A DNA stretch of 64,000 bases, taken from the NCBI RefSeq assembly GCF_001447785.1, contig NW_015161414.1, positions 30,768 through 94,767 on the forward strand, in the 5' to 3' direction. Within the stretch, counting starts at the first letter, position 1; every line of letters starts with the position of its first letter. The notes beneath the pieces were generated by a model. That model made no database searches. It worked only from the letters and a program-made list of their open reading frames with translations, and was not told the origin of the DNA. A program made the translations under genes and the position numbers. Positions 26,708-40,004 of the stretch are shown piece by piece. Source of the DNA: Gekko japonicus (taxonomy: Eukaryota).

Positions 26708-28089
26708 TTAAAGTGAACTAGGTATGGAGGTTGTATACTACACCCTGGGGGCAAAGTGAAAAGATGAAAACACCGGATCATAGAAACAGCAGTATCTCTT
26801 GCCTGTCCTCAAGGACATGTGTTTGGATATTTATAATATACCTTCAAATAGATCATGTATGCCTTGATGTTATAAGATATTTTCTACATATTCAGAACTA
26901 TCATAGAATACTAACAGTTTTAAATGGACTTCAAGGAACAATTGGATTCAGATGATTGGGATCAAGCAACAGCTACTGGAAATCTTCCCAGATGTGGAAT
27001 TGCCTGTCACCTTTAACCATACAGTGAAAACCAGCACTACAGTCTCTTAGAATGTACTAGGCTATTTGGATAAGAAGAAAGATAACTATGTTCTTCACCA
27101 CAGAGTTATCAGATCATGGAAATATACTTTTGGATGGATGTTTTCTTGATTGAGCCACTGTATGTTTGCTTTTCACTAAGGGCCCATGTAGGAGACTATT
27201 TGGCTTGTTCTCTAGGTCTACATACATGTTTTCCTTATCTTTGTTCCTTCCTTAAATGGCTTGTTCACAAGTATAAACATTACAAAAAAGTGAGGTTTAT
27301 GAGGGATGTTGTATAAGCATTTCCTGAACTGTGTTGCTTGCATGCTAAAATCTGAAAGCGTTTTCATTTTACAGCAATTGTAAATGCATAGACTAAGTAG
27401 TACATCTCACTGAACTCAGTTCTAGTCATGGGCTCCTCCTGGTTTCCCAGACAGATGCTTATATCCAATAAAACTAGTTGCAAACCTGCTCTTTTAAGGA
27501 AGTGTGTCACAGAACAGACATTCCTAGTGCTACCATTACCCAGTATTAGGATCACCCACCATGAACAATTCCACCCAGAATGGACTGAGCCCCAAAGTAT
27601 ACTCATTCTGCCCCCTGCCAGCATCAGGCAGTCACTCAAAGATCTCCAGATTAGTTCAGATCAAAAACAGCGACAGATCTGTGGGTCATCAGCTTACTGA
27701 TAGCCACCCTCTCCAAAACTTTGGATAGCCTTTCCTATCCATTTTGTGTAGATATTAAAAGCATGAGAGCCTAGAAAAGGCCTTTTGGAACTCCACGTAA
27801 GAACTTCTGTGGGGAAGAAGAGCAATCTCCTAGCATTATTTTCTAAAACTGTCGAGTGAGACAGGAGCTGAAGCACTGAACGGCTACGTCCCCTAGGGTT
27901 GCCAACAATCTGGAGGGGAAAATAAATCCTGGTCCTTAACAGTTGCTTAATGGGAGGTTATTTTCCAGGTAATGCTATTTACCTCTGTGCCATGAAAGGC
28001 TTCAGCTACCCTTTCTCACACATTAAGCCTCAGTTAAAGATGGAAAGTGGTTTTTTCCCTCCAGGTTCTTGGCAAGGCTAATACCCCCC

Positions 28090-28400
28090 CAGGCCCATAG
28101 CCAGGATTTTGTAATTCAGGGGGCCTTTAAATAAGTCAGGGGGCACTGACGTCACAAAATAAAAAAATAAAATAAAAACAAAATTTTGAAAACTCACTTT
28201 TGTGGCATTCACACTCTGCTTGCCTACATGGGGAAGGAAGCCACACTTGGGGAAGGGGCAGTGGTGGGGAGTCCAGAGAGTTTGAAGTCCTCTGGGTGGC
28301 CCAGAGAGATGGGGGGCCTGGGGCTGGATGGAAGTTGGGGGGCCTTGGCAGGAAGGCAAGGGGCCATGCCCCGAAATGCCCCACTGTAGCTATGGGCCTG
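28090..28400. mobile_element. hAT MITE with CAGGCCCATAGC TIRs
   Basis: 12-bp perfect TIR; 8-bp TSD tacccccc / ttcccccc. Confidence 0.8.
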
Positions 28401-28713
28401 TTCCCCCCCTCCCCTGAACCCACCTTGTTGATTTGGAAGGATGTTGTGATTGATGGTGTAGAAAGCCACTAAGAAGTTTCCAAGAATCAGCAGGGTCATA
28501 GTCCCTATCCATATTTTGGTGAAGATAAAACATGGTGTGCAAGTAGCTTCAGTCCTGAGCAGAATTTACAGTTCAATCCTATGCAGAGTTACTCCAGTCT
28601 GAGCCCATTTCAATGGTCTTTGACTGGATAAATTCTGCAGAGGTTAATCTATGGAAATACTTAATTCTGGATTGATTTTACACAGGCATTTACACCGTTG
28701 TAAGCTACCCCTA

Positions 28714-29066
28714 AGGGCCACGGTGGCTCAGACGTTAAGATGCTGAGCTGCAGACCGGACAGTCTGTAGTTTGGCAGTTTGAGACCCTAGTGCCATGTGA
28801 CGGAGTGAGCTCCCATCTCTGGCCCCAGCTCCTGCCAACCTAGCAGTTCGAAAGCAAGAAATTGTAAGCAGTTCGAAAGCAAGAAATTGTAAGTAGGTAC
28901 CACTTCGGTGGGAAGGTAACAGCATTCTGTGCACCTCGGTGTTTAGTCATGCCGGTTACATGACCACAGAAATGTATTTGGACAGCGCTGGCTCTTTGGC
29001 TTGGAAACAGAGATGAGCACCGCCCCCTAGAGTTGGATTCAACTAGCTTTCGAGCAAGGGAAACCT
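28714..29066 (+). mobile_element. Full-length Sauria SINE
   Basis: tRNA-like head, cctgccaacctagcagttcgaaagca core, gagatgagcaccgccccctagag tail; perfect 13-bp TSD TAAGCTACCCCTA. Confidence 0.9.
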
Positions 29067-30299
29067 TAAGCTACCCCTACAAGAAATAAATGTTCCACTC
29101 ATAGATGCAGAGAACATATAACTGGAAATAGACATCACACCTTGCTTGTGAACTTGTGGAGGCATCACAGTTAGTGACAGAGTGCTGGACTTCATCTGAA
29201 CTCTCAAAGCAATGTTTAAGGTCTCATGTATATATAACACAGAAAGAAAGCATAAATTCAGGTGCTGTTGTTATAGCAGCTTATTTTGCAAAAAAAAAAA
29301 TCAGAAGACATTCAATTTTTCTAGCAAGTAAAGGGAGGTCAGTTGGCTAATGAGGAAGAGCTGTGGATGCAGGAAAAAAAAGATAATTTGGAGGCTTGCT
29401 AGGGAAGTCTGCATAATCTTAATGCCTCTGCTCTGCACGAAATTCCCTGAGGTTCCTCCTTGAAAACTTCATGGGCTCTTAAAACCCTGATATAACAATA
29501 ACTTTTCTCTGTTCCTAATTCTCTCATGCCATGTAATTTTATTAGACTCTCCATAGTTCATTAACAGCAGGACCATCCTAGCATATAAACCCACCTGGTT
29601 TGGGTCTAGGGGGGCTAGATGTGTTTCTGCTTCCTCCACAGTGAGCAGCCCTTGCCATTGATTCAGTGGTGCATGCCAAGGTCACCCATAGCGGCTACCT
29701 ACTGCAGTCGACAAAGGACAGAAGTTAGGCCTGCCAGCAACCTGGACATAAAATGTCTTGTCCCTTTAACAGAAGCTTAATGTGTGGCATATCCCTTTTG
29801 AGGCTATAAAGTCACAATTACGATGTCAATTAAAACAATCAAACTCGTTCGTATTTTGGAATGCCACAAAGCTTCACACCTATATACCGTAAAACACCAG
29901 GCATCAACAGTTTCAAAAAGTCTTTCCATCACATGAAATGGTCTTCCCTTATGATGTGATTGCTGTCGATGCTTTGGTTGATTTATTTCCCAAGGACTGC
30001 AGCAAACAGCACAAGTGCTTACAAGATAATTGAGCTGATGATGGACATCTAGGGAAAGGATATGCTGTACATAATGAAGAGGCACTGGAAGTAGCTAATG
30101 GGCTGTCTTGGGCTGTGCAAGGTACAAATGTCAACATGAAGGTTTTATAAAGTCTCCTGGTTATAGGTTTGTGCAGCTTGCCTATGGTCTGCTTTTCTTG
30201 TTCCAGTTCAGCAACTCACTCTCTACTCCAATGTCAGATGTTTCTTATGCCAGAGTAACTCCCTCTACAGCTACTTACCGATCTTCTGATCTAACACAT

Positions 30300-30680
30300 A
30301 TTCTTTTTTTTCAAACAACATTTTATTGAATGTCGAACATAGAATACAGAGTCTTGAGAATTTTACAATATCTGATATTGCAATTACAAAACTGAGTCAT
30401 AGCTAGTGTATATTGAGCAGAAGTAAACTTATAATTAAAGAAGGGGGGGGACAAGAGAAAAGAGAAAGAGTCACTAAGCTACATAATCATGTTATTGTCA
30501 CCATGAATGTAGTTGATCTATTACACTTGGGATTAAACAGTCAATAATCAGGAGTCAAGTTGCAGAAAAGTTAGAAAGAGAGGAGGCAGAGGTGAGAGGA
30601 GAGGTGTTAATTGTTGTTTAGCCATGATGTAAAAGTCCCAAAGTTTCTTGTGCCAGAGAAATAGGTTTGGAGGATGCAGC
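30300..30680 (-). mobile_element. L1-like 3' end
   Basis: T-tract and TTTATT (polyA tail and signal on the minus strand) followed by ORF2-end-like sequence. Confidence 0.45.
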
Positions 30681-31526
30681 TACACTTTTCTCTTTTAAAA
30701 ATTTACCCCTGTGACTGCATGGCTTGTGAAATTCAGATGAAAAAAGAGTTAAAGGGAGTCATCCAAAGAAGATCTATTCAGAAGTAAGCCCCATTTCATT
30801 CGATGTGGTTTACTCCCACAAGCGTTCTTAGGACTGCAGCCCAACTTCATTAAGGCAATAGTAAATAACAGGTTGATTGAATTCCTAACCTTTGGTCCTG
30901 TCCTCTGTGGAATCTCCTTACATTTGCTAACAGTGAACTACACATCAGCCTTCAAAAACAACCTTTATTCAGCATCTTATTTTGAGCAATGGCTTTTCCA
31001 GTATGCATTTGGCTAAACATGATGATTGTTGGAAGAATCCTTGTTTTCAGCCTCCTTCTTTTCACCATTCTGCTATTGTCAATGACCTCTTAGAATCATC
31101 TCTCTCTAGCACTAGAATTAACCTACAGAAAAACACAAAGAAAATGAGGCAAGATATGTCTCATATAAATAATGATTTTACAGTCTACTATAGGCAAACC
31201 TCATAAAACATTGTGCACTTATTTGCCAAAAGCAGCAATAGTCACAACAGTAATAGCTGGGACCTTGTACACAGACTCTTGGAACTGAAAGGAGCTTAAG
31301 AACCATTCAGTACACCTCCATGCATGTACGTAGCATTTTTTAATTTCAGCCACTGAAATGCTCCTCGTCTCTGCTGTTGTTCCTCTCTGGCTTTGCAAAG
31401 TCCTGCATGCTCATATATCCCAAGAAACAACAAGAAAGCAGATATTCCCTGGAAATACACATGCACACACATACACAACAGAGAAGGGAGTGACAATTAT
31501 GATATAAGATACTTATATATAACATC

Positions 31527-31840
31527 CAGGGGTCATTTCGTAGAAAAAGAGGTGCAGGAGCTCATTAGCATAACTCATTAGCACAACTTATTTGCATATG
31601 CCACAACCCCTGATATCACCAGAAGTGTGTCAGAAAGCAACACCCACCGCTCAGGCTCCACTGGATTGTTTTGGATTGCTAGCTATTGGGGGGGGCGGAT
31701 GGACATGCAGATCTGCTCTCGCAGAGGAGGGAGAGCTTGTGTACCTGAATAAAACTTGGTCTTAAAGTGCCACTGGACTGTTTTGGATAGCTAGTTGGGG
31801 GGGGGGTGGACACACAGATCTGCCCTCACATAGATCTGTG
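31527..31840. mobile_element. hAT MITE (CAGGGGTCATTTCGTAGAAAA family), partial; same family as 40220-40614
   Basis: Near reverse complement of 40350-40614; repeated CTCATTAGCA motifs. Confidence 0.8.
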
Positions 31841-31849
31841 CAGCAGACA

Positions 31850-32048
31850 AAGAGAGAGAGAGAGAAAGAAGGAAAGGAGGGAAAGATGGAAAGAAAGAAG
31901 GGGAAAAGGAGGGAAAGAAAAAGAAGGAAAGAAGGAGGGAAAGAGGGAGAGAAGGAAATAAGGAGGGAAAGAAAGAGAGAAGGAAAAAAGGACAGAAAGA
32001 AAGAAAGAGGAAGGAAATAAGGAGGGAAAGGAGAGAAGGAAAGGAGGC
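31850..32048 (+). repeat. Purine-rich (GAAA/GGAA) low-complexity repeat
   Basis: Direct inspection. Confidence 0.95.
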
Positions 32049-33077
32049 ATCCAATCACAAAATCAGTTCATTTGGATTTAATTATAGCTGGTTCAGAAAT
32101 TTATAAGCGACTAGGGAACAGATGTTTGCCATTTTTCAGCCATCTGAATCTATTGGGAGCTTGGGATGTGTCTGTATAAGGAGGGTTGTGATCTGTTATT
32201 CATTTTAACTATATCAGAATAGTCTACTCTGAATGCATCTTAAGAGGAAGGCACCCACAGACAACATTGTCCCTCTCTGCACCTCTTTATTCCCCTGTTC
32301 TTTCCAAACCTAACAGCACCTCTAGTCTTGCAGTTCTTGCAAAATATTCCAGATACTAGTGGCAATAGCAATAAAGTGTGTTGAGAAAATAAAGCAAAAC
32401 ATCACATAGTATTTAGTGTCAAGAGCTTCCTTGGTGTAAGTCTTGAATACTTCTTCTAGCAAGTTGATACTGTTTCACTTTCTGTCTTATATTTTACAAT
32501 TACCAGCAAAGCTCTAATTCAATTATACCAGCTGGCTTGTTTTATTGCAGCCTTAGCAGACCTCCTGCTTTCTGCTCACTCCCTGTCTTCCACCAGGACT
32601 TTAACAGGCCAGACTCCATAGCAGGTCACAAACCCTGCAGGCAGGGAAGCTGTTTCTAGGAGGGTGATCCCAGGACGCTCACTCCAGCATAAGAAGTAGC
32701 ATGTAGGTCCCTCCCCCCTTTTTTCCAAGGGCTGATCATCTAACAGATGCCTGGAGCCCATGCTTCATCAGGGCACTGAGTCAGAGCAGTGAAATTATTA
32801 ACATCTGATTTGTGTGGAGACGAAGCTGCCCCAGAGTGGTTATCATTCCTTCTAATAAAAACATGGAGCAGCTTTTAAACAATAATGGAACTTGAAAAGA
32901 AAAGCATCACGGTCAGCATTTTGTGTCTATTTCACCATTTCCCACTTTCTAATAACTGCACTGCTGAGTTTTATTTCTTTTCCCGCAAAGCAGTAAGCGG
33001 CTTTCCCTTTCCTTTGTGGTGCCCATGTCTTAGATCCTCTCATGCATGCAAGAGAAAACTTCAATTCTTATGGATTT

Positions 33078-33565
33078 GAGGAAAAGCTAAAGAATCTAGG
33101 ACTTTTCAGTTTAGAAAAAAAGACTGCCAAGCCATGATAAGTTTATAAAATTATGCATGGGGTGGAGAAGGTAGATGGAGAAGACTATTTCTCCTTCTGC
33201 CATATGCACCCAGTGAGGATGGGCAATAGAACAGACAGAAGAAAGTACTTCTTCACTCAACAAGTAATTGTAGAATTCACTACCAATGGACATTGTGATG
33301 GCCAAGAGCACTGATGGCTCTAAAAGGAAGATTCATGGAGGACAGGTCCATCAATGGTTACTAGCCATGGTGACTAAAGGGAACCTCTATGTCCACAGGC
33401 AGTAAATCTGTGAATACCAGTGCTGGAAGACGACATCAGGAGGAGACCTTAGCCCATATGACCTATTTGTTGGACATCCAGGTCTGGTTTGGCTAGCCAC
33501 AGTGTGAAAAGGGATGCTAGACTGCATGTTGTTATTCATCAAGGTATCTTTATTGTTCTTATGTT
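33078..33565 (+). mobile_element. CR1 LINE 3' fragment
   Basis: ttcagtttagaaaaaagactg..gtttataaaattatgcatgg; ends tgttcttatgtt. Confidence 0.85.
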
Positions 33566-35349
33566 GTACAAAATGTGTTGTCAATCTTCATGTACATAGC
33601 TATGATATTCTTTGGTAGTACTCAGTGTGAAAAGTATGTGGGTCACAGTGTGACTTTTATATCATTGCCTCAGCTAATGTCAAATTCCCCTGGCTTATAT
33701 TTATTTTAGTGAATATACCTTGCAACTGAGTGTGTCATCTTAATGGCTTCATTCTCCAGAAACAGAGGATAGGCTGATTTATTTTTACAGTCTACCCAAT
33801 CAGGAGATGGCTTTAACATTCTGCATTAGCAGTTGCATCTAGCTTCCAAGATGAGGTTCCTGTGCCTGGCCTCTTGCATTCCTGTTCTCAGCCACACGTC
33901 ACTGCATTAATTAATGGATACGTTTTATTTACCGGAATGCCAAAGAATTTGGATTCCCTCCTAGACATAATGGGTTTAAAAATAATCTGTCCATTATTTT
34001 GTGAGTGGAGCTGCATCATCATCATCATATCTGAGGCTGCTGAGCTTCCAGTCTTTCGGACAGATCTGCACTTGCCATTTAAATTAAGAGTGATTTTCCT
34101 ACTGGGACAATGGCAATTAAATTCCTTTTTGAAAATACTGATTTTTCATAGACTACCTAAGGACCAAATAAAATTTCTGGATGCCCAGCAAACAAATGCT
34201 TTACCATTTCAAACTCTTCCCAGCGTTTCATGAAAAGCCACTGCTTTTTTTCTGTAGTTAAGTGGTTTCATCTCTAGTCTCATCTGCCTTTCTTTCTGTC
34301 TGTTATTCAGTGATTCTCCCCAACTCCAGTGGCAGATTTGATGAGTAGTGTGGCTCTTTTTGTCATCCTCCTGTTTTCAGACAGTGTTCCAGTGTCTAAT
34401 AACTAGTTTCGCAATTAAATTCCAAGGTGTTTGTCAAATATATAAATATATATAAACCAAATATATAAAATGCCTTAGATGAGAAAAGTGGTGCATAATA
34501 ATTATTATTATTCTACCTATGTAGACATTTTGCATATGGGGAAAGGGATAGCCTGCCAGTACATCTGTCTTGCTATATGGCTCACCCATTACAGCGCTAA
34601 AGTGCTAAAGAGTTCCCAATTTATATGTGGGGCAAAGATGCCAGGCTGTCTTAGATCATGGGGATGTCTGGTCAGGATTTAGTCCTGCAAGTGCTTAGCA
34701 CTTGTTCCTTCTGGTTCTGTTCCTGTTTACTTAGCTGTCTTTCTACTGAAAACTTGTTATGATTTTTTAATCTTGTATGGTGCCTAATAAATGTTAAGAG
34801 CCTTAGAAATGATGGCTTTGATCCTACAGAGTGCATGTATCCTATCTGCCATGAGATGCTGGAGTTTGCAAGATTCATGTGGATAAAAAGTCACCTGATT
34901 TGGGGGCTGCAGTAGAGAGGGGAAACCAGGTGGATGCCAATCCTGTGCCAATAGAATTTCTTGAGTGAGTAGAAGAGGGGAGTGAGGGCAATTTCACTTG
35001 CTTCTCCCTCCTTTTTGCAGTAACTCCCAGCATTATAATTTTGGACATTTTGGGAAGGCTACTGGAGGAGTGGGGTCAGGAAAGAACTGTGTCATTGATG
35101 TCTTTAGGAGCACTCTCCATAGTATCCAAACCTGTAATAACAGTAGTATGTCTGCATCATTTTGTCAGCTATTTATCCATTGAGTCACTCCCAACATTTG
35201 CATCCACTTTTTAGCAAACGGTTCCTGAAGCAGATCACAACAAAACCATTATAAGAAGTAAAAAAATTATTTAAAAACACACAAAGATTCAATGTATGCA
35301 GCAGCAGAAGTAGGATGTATAATCTATACCATGCACTCCTAAACAGACC

Positions 35350-36090
35350 TACTTAATGAAGGTTATTGAAGGAAAGGCATTCATGGGAGGCCACTGACAG
35401 TCTGTTGAAACAATTAAAGATCTTTCATGTGCATCAACATGAAACTCTTGGATTTGGTAGAGCTCCAATGGTAAGGAGTTCCACACATGTGGGACCACTA
35501 CTGAGGAAGATCTGTTAGTAACAAAGGTCAATTGTACCTCAGGCAGTGTAACCCACAATAGGGTTTCACTATGTGACCTCAATGAATGGTGAAGTATATA
35601 TGGGAAAAGAGACTGCATCAAGTGTTGTAGACCCAAATGGCATAGAGTTTAAAGATAAGAAGCACCACCTTGAATTTAGCTTGGTAACACCTGGAATTCA
35701 GTAGAACTCCTTCAGAAATAGTTTTTTTTTTTCTGGCAACTGATACCATCAATTAGTCTGTTTGTTGTTCAGTTGCACAGCCGAGTCCAACTCTTTGTGA
35801 CCCCATGGACCAGATTAGTCTACCTGCTGCCTTCTAAATCAGTTGAAGTTTCTGACCTGTGTTCAATGACAGCTCCACACTTAGCACATTACAGTAGTCC
35901 AAATGAGAGGTTGTCAGGGGATATTCAACAGTGGTGAAGTTGTTTTTTATCTTTGGCATCAGATAAATGTAATAGGACGTACATGTTTGCAAAGACCTGT
36001 AGCTACTGTAAAAGCAATAAACCATAAAGTGATCTATCTGTGACAGGGGTACCAACAATGATGCCCTTACCCATAGATCACCCGTCACCT
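35350..36090 (-). mobile_element. Old L2 fragment containing a 54-bp BovB-type 3' tail (35760-35813, TSD ATTAGTCT)
   Basis: Minus-strand translations SHLDYCN and PHVWNSLP; insert tcagttgcacagccgagtccaactctttgtgaccccatggac. Confidence 0.7.
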
Positions 36091-36379
36091 ATTCAGAATG
36101 AAAACCAAATCAAGAGCATGATCGAGACTGTGGTACTCTGAACCAGACACAAATTGTGAGCTGCATACATTAACATAGCCTTAGTTAACTTCTTCTAAAA
36201 CAATAAACCTGGAAGAAATCAAAGTGCCACCATGGTAAATTCAGCCATGGAATTTGTTAGGCAACCACTTGATGGGGATAATTAGAGAATCTCCAATCTA
36301 TCCTATGAACAAAGGAATAAGTACACACACTCAGGGGCTTGGACACTTGTTAGCCAAATTGCCTTGAATGATTAATAAC

Positions 36380-37320
36380 TATGGGGAATTATGATATCAT
36401 GCAAGGCAATAGACAAATAAGGGAGCAAGCATCTATGTATACAGGGGTCCCGCTTCTTCCAGACACACCAAAAATAAACTCAAAGGCTGGCTTCAGGATA
36501 AAATTGTTTCATTTACTGAAGATATCTCACAAACATATAATAATTCAAACACACTCACAATTACACAGATCTAGAAAAATCAGAGAGAAACGGAGAGTAC
36601 ATTCGCATTAGCCGGATAATCATTGAGGGGTAATATTTTACCTGTCCTTGGTGGGATGAAGCAATCCTTAGGAAAAATAAGGGAGGCTATGGAGTAATAG
36701 GGTCATGTCCTGAACCAGCAGAGACAGGTGGAGACTCTGGCTGCGCAAACTAAGGGTTGTGGAGTTAGGGTGGGTATAGAGGTCAGGAGAGAGAGAGAGA
36801 GAGCACATGGCTGGGTGCCCTCTTTTATGAGGGGACTTGGGGGTGGGCTAAACTGCCCACATCCCCTGGCACACCTCCTGCTGGTCTGTCCCCAAAGCAT
36901 GCTGATTGGACCAGGTTCAGGGGGAGGGGATTAAGGGAGTGGACAATGTTGAGATCTAGTAATTCTGGGCAGGATAGTGGCAACTGGAGGGATGATGACT
37001 CATGCGGCCAGAGTCATTGTCATTGATATTCCTTGATTATCTCATGGCTGTAGCTTCAGCTAGACGAGGCTGTGTGGGGGAAGGGGAATACTGCCTGCGT
37101 GTGCAAGGAAGACGCTTCCACATGGCGTTTGAATTCCATGTCTCTGGTCTTCTGCCTTGGTTTTCAGTGCTACATGTGGCTAGGGAGCTGGTCTATCTTA
37201 CAGCAGGTAAGAGGGCAGGTAACCTTCAGAAGCATTGGCACATCATCTCAAATGAAGGCTTCCTTCTTCTGGGTGTGTGTCTGTAGTTGGCATCATTTTT
37301 GGGTCACCACACAGTTCAGT
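36380..37320 (-). mobile_element. Putative solo LTR (ERV/Gypsy)
   Basis: Minus-strand order of CCAAT, TATA-like CATAAAAG and AGTAAA polyA-like signal; TG/CA-like ends; no clear TSD. Confidence 0.4.
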
Positions 37321-38614
37321 CCCTTTTGCACACTACTTGCACAGTCCAGTTTTTATCACTTATGAACTATATCCATAAGAGCGCTATAAGCGCCTTGAAG
37401 GGCAACACACTGTAGAACATTTCTGCTGATGGAAGATTTTTTTTTGATCTGTCATGACCTCCCCACCTTCCCTGCTGCTTATGGAGGACATGGGACTGCA
37501 GGAACAGCATGAGGGGGAAGCTGGAGTTCTGATGCAGAACAGGAGAATAGGCATATACCACCCCTCTTCTGTCAATGGAAATGCTCTACCGGATCCAACC
37601 CCAAATCTTCCATATACCAAATGGAGTATCTTGCAAGGGTGATATTATCTTTATGTACCTCCCATCCACATTCTCAGCAATTGGAGTTGCAAGAAAAAGT
37701 AAGCCATACAGCTAAAGAAGTGAGGGGGAGACCATGCCTTCTCCAGCTATTCCCCAACCCCAAGAATCATCCCCCCTTTCCCCCAGTAACTAGTAGAACC
37801 TATTAACAGACCTCCAGAATTCAAAAGGTGGAAAGAATGAGCCCTCCCAATGGATACAAGAAAAGCGTGCTGCTTTCAGTAAAGGCCTGTCTAGAGCTCG
37901 CAGCCCTGGCCTCCGGCTCACTGGCTTGACAAGCACCCTTGCAGCCAGCTGCAGAGGCAGGAGCAAAATAGGGCAGCTGGAAGCCACAGGAAGCAACCCA
38001 GCAGCCTGCAAAAGAAGAGAATCCTCCAGGCAGCCCCAGCGAGGAGCACAGGCCACAGCACCAACCACACCTGAGGGAGGGGTGGCAGGGACAGTCAGTC
38101 ATGGGGGAGGTGAGAGCCCACGTGAGCAAAGCACATAGCCCTTTGAGGCAAAAAGGAGGGAGAGCAGGGCAGAAGGCCCTGAGGGAGGAGCCATTGGCAC
38201 TGGACCCTGCCCTAACTGCAAGGAGGGAGGGAGGGAGGGGAGAGAGAGAGAGAGAGAATGCATGTTTCCATACCAGGGGGAAAGCTACACCTCCCTCCTG
38301 CACTTCTGAGGCTCATCCTTGGCCAATGCCAGAAAGGAGGCTGAAGGGTGAGCCAGTCTCAGACTCTGACCCACCAGGCTGCCAGCTCCAGGCTGGGAAA
38401 TTCCTTGAGAATTGTGGGTGGAGCCTGGGGAAGGTGGAGTTTGGGGAGGGAAGTGAGCTAATGTGATGTCATGTGATGTCATAGATTCTGCCCTCTAAAA
38501 CCGCCAGTTCCTCCAGGGAAACTGTTTGCTATAGTCTTGAAATCAATTGTTATTCTGGGAGATCTCCAGGCCTCACCTGGAGACCGTAGCAACCCGAGCT
38601 GCAATGTTAGAGGA

Positions 38615-38837
38615 GTCAAACAATAAATATATACACTGAAAAAATCTTTTTTTAAAATAAATTAATGTGTTCTATTTGCTCCATCTTATAAAGTGCATTG
38701 TGTGCTGTTTATAATATCCTATATACCTGTTTTAGGATATTATAAACAGCACACAATGCACTTTATAAGATGGAACAAATAGAACACATTAATTTATAAA
38801 AAAAAGATTTTTGCAGTGTATATATTTATTGTTTGAC
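38615..38837. repeat. 223-bp AT-rich near-perfect palindrome
   Basis: ~106-bp arms (gtcaaacaataaat...aatatccta / taggatatt...atttattgtttgac) with an 11-nt spacer. Confidence 0.95.
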
Positions 38838-38939
38838 CCACCTGGAGACTGGCAACCCTATTAACCGAGGAGCCTGTCAAGGCACTAATACAGGTAAGTT
38901 TCCCTCAGACACCAGAGAAGGCAACACACAAACACACAG

Positions 38940-39995
38940 CCACTTTTATTGGTGAATGCTAGGCATATCACTGGGACCAGGTGTAACACTTTCCCAGGGT
39001 CTTTAAAGGAGACCGTGGTGAGACTACTGAAAAAAACATCTCTGGATCCTATGGTTCCAGCCAACTACTGCCCAGTGTCGAACCTTCCATTCTTGGATAA
39101 GGTAGTTGAGAGGGCAGTAGTGGAACAGCTCCAGGTTTTTCTGGACCCTCCATTCTGGACCCATTCCAGTCCGGCTTCTGCCCTGACTATGGGATGGAGA
39201 CAGTGCTGGTCGCTCTCATGGATGACCTTCGGAGACATGTGACATGTTTGCGGCATTTGACATGGTCAATTATGATGTTATGACCCACCGCCTCGCCAAC
39301 ATGGGGATATGAAGGACAATCTCGCAATGGCTAGTCTCATTTCTACATTGTTGGGGATAGAGGATGGTGCTTGGGGTTTTTCAATGTTACCCTCTGGTGT
39401 ACGGCATCCCTCAGGGGGCGATTCTCTCCCCAGTGTTATTTAACATGTACATGCACTCCCTTGCCCAGTTAATTTGGGGGGTTGGGCTGGGTTGTCACCA
39501 GTATGCTGATGACACCCAGCTGTATCTGCTGATAGATGGCCAGCTGGACTCTGTCCCAGATATTCTAGCCAGGGCTTTGGAGGCTGTGGCTGGTTGGTTG
39601 TAGCAGAGCTGGCTGAAATTAAATCAACTGAAGACCTGTGCCTGAGTTGTGGTGGGGTGGGATCAGGAATCCAACTCCCAACCCTTAGCAGGGTGTCATT
39701 AACACCAGCATCTTTATATGCCAATAAAAGGCTTTGGATGGTTGGATGGAAAAATTAACGCCAGCACCAATGGTGAGGAGTCTAGGAGTAATCCTTTATG
39801 CCTTGCTGTCAATGGAGGCCCAGGTCACAAATGTTGCTGGATCAGCATTTTACCATCTTTGGCTAGTCAGGCACCTAGTTCCCTATCTCTCCTCCTGCAA
39901 CTTGGCCATGGTGATCCACGCAGTGGTCACCTTGAGCCTAGACTGCTACAACTTGCTGTATGCAGGGCTGCCCTTGAATTTGATTTCTAAGATTT
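38940..39995 (+). mobile_element. L2 LINE reverse-transcriptase fragment
   Basis: NYCPVSNLPFLDKVVE, GIPQGAILSP, HQYADDTQL, LDCYNLLYAGLP; frameshifted. Confidence 0.9.
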
Positions 39996-40004
39996 TGAAC
40001 CATT

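Noticed and set aside
26340-27040. Possible decayed pseudogene or exon-like sequence
   Set aside because: Stops in all frames and no protein family I could recognise.
31762-32058. F/L/S-rich and K/E/R-rich ORFs
   Set aside because: Translations of a purine microsatellite.
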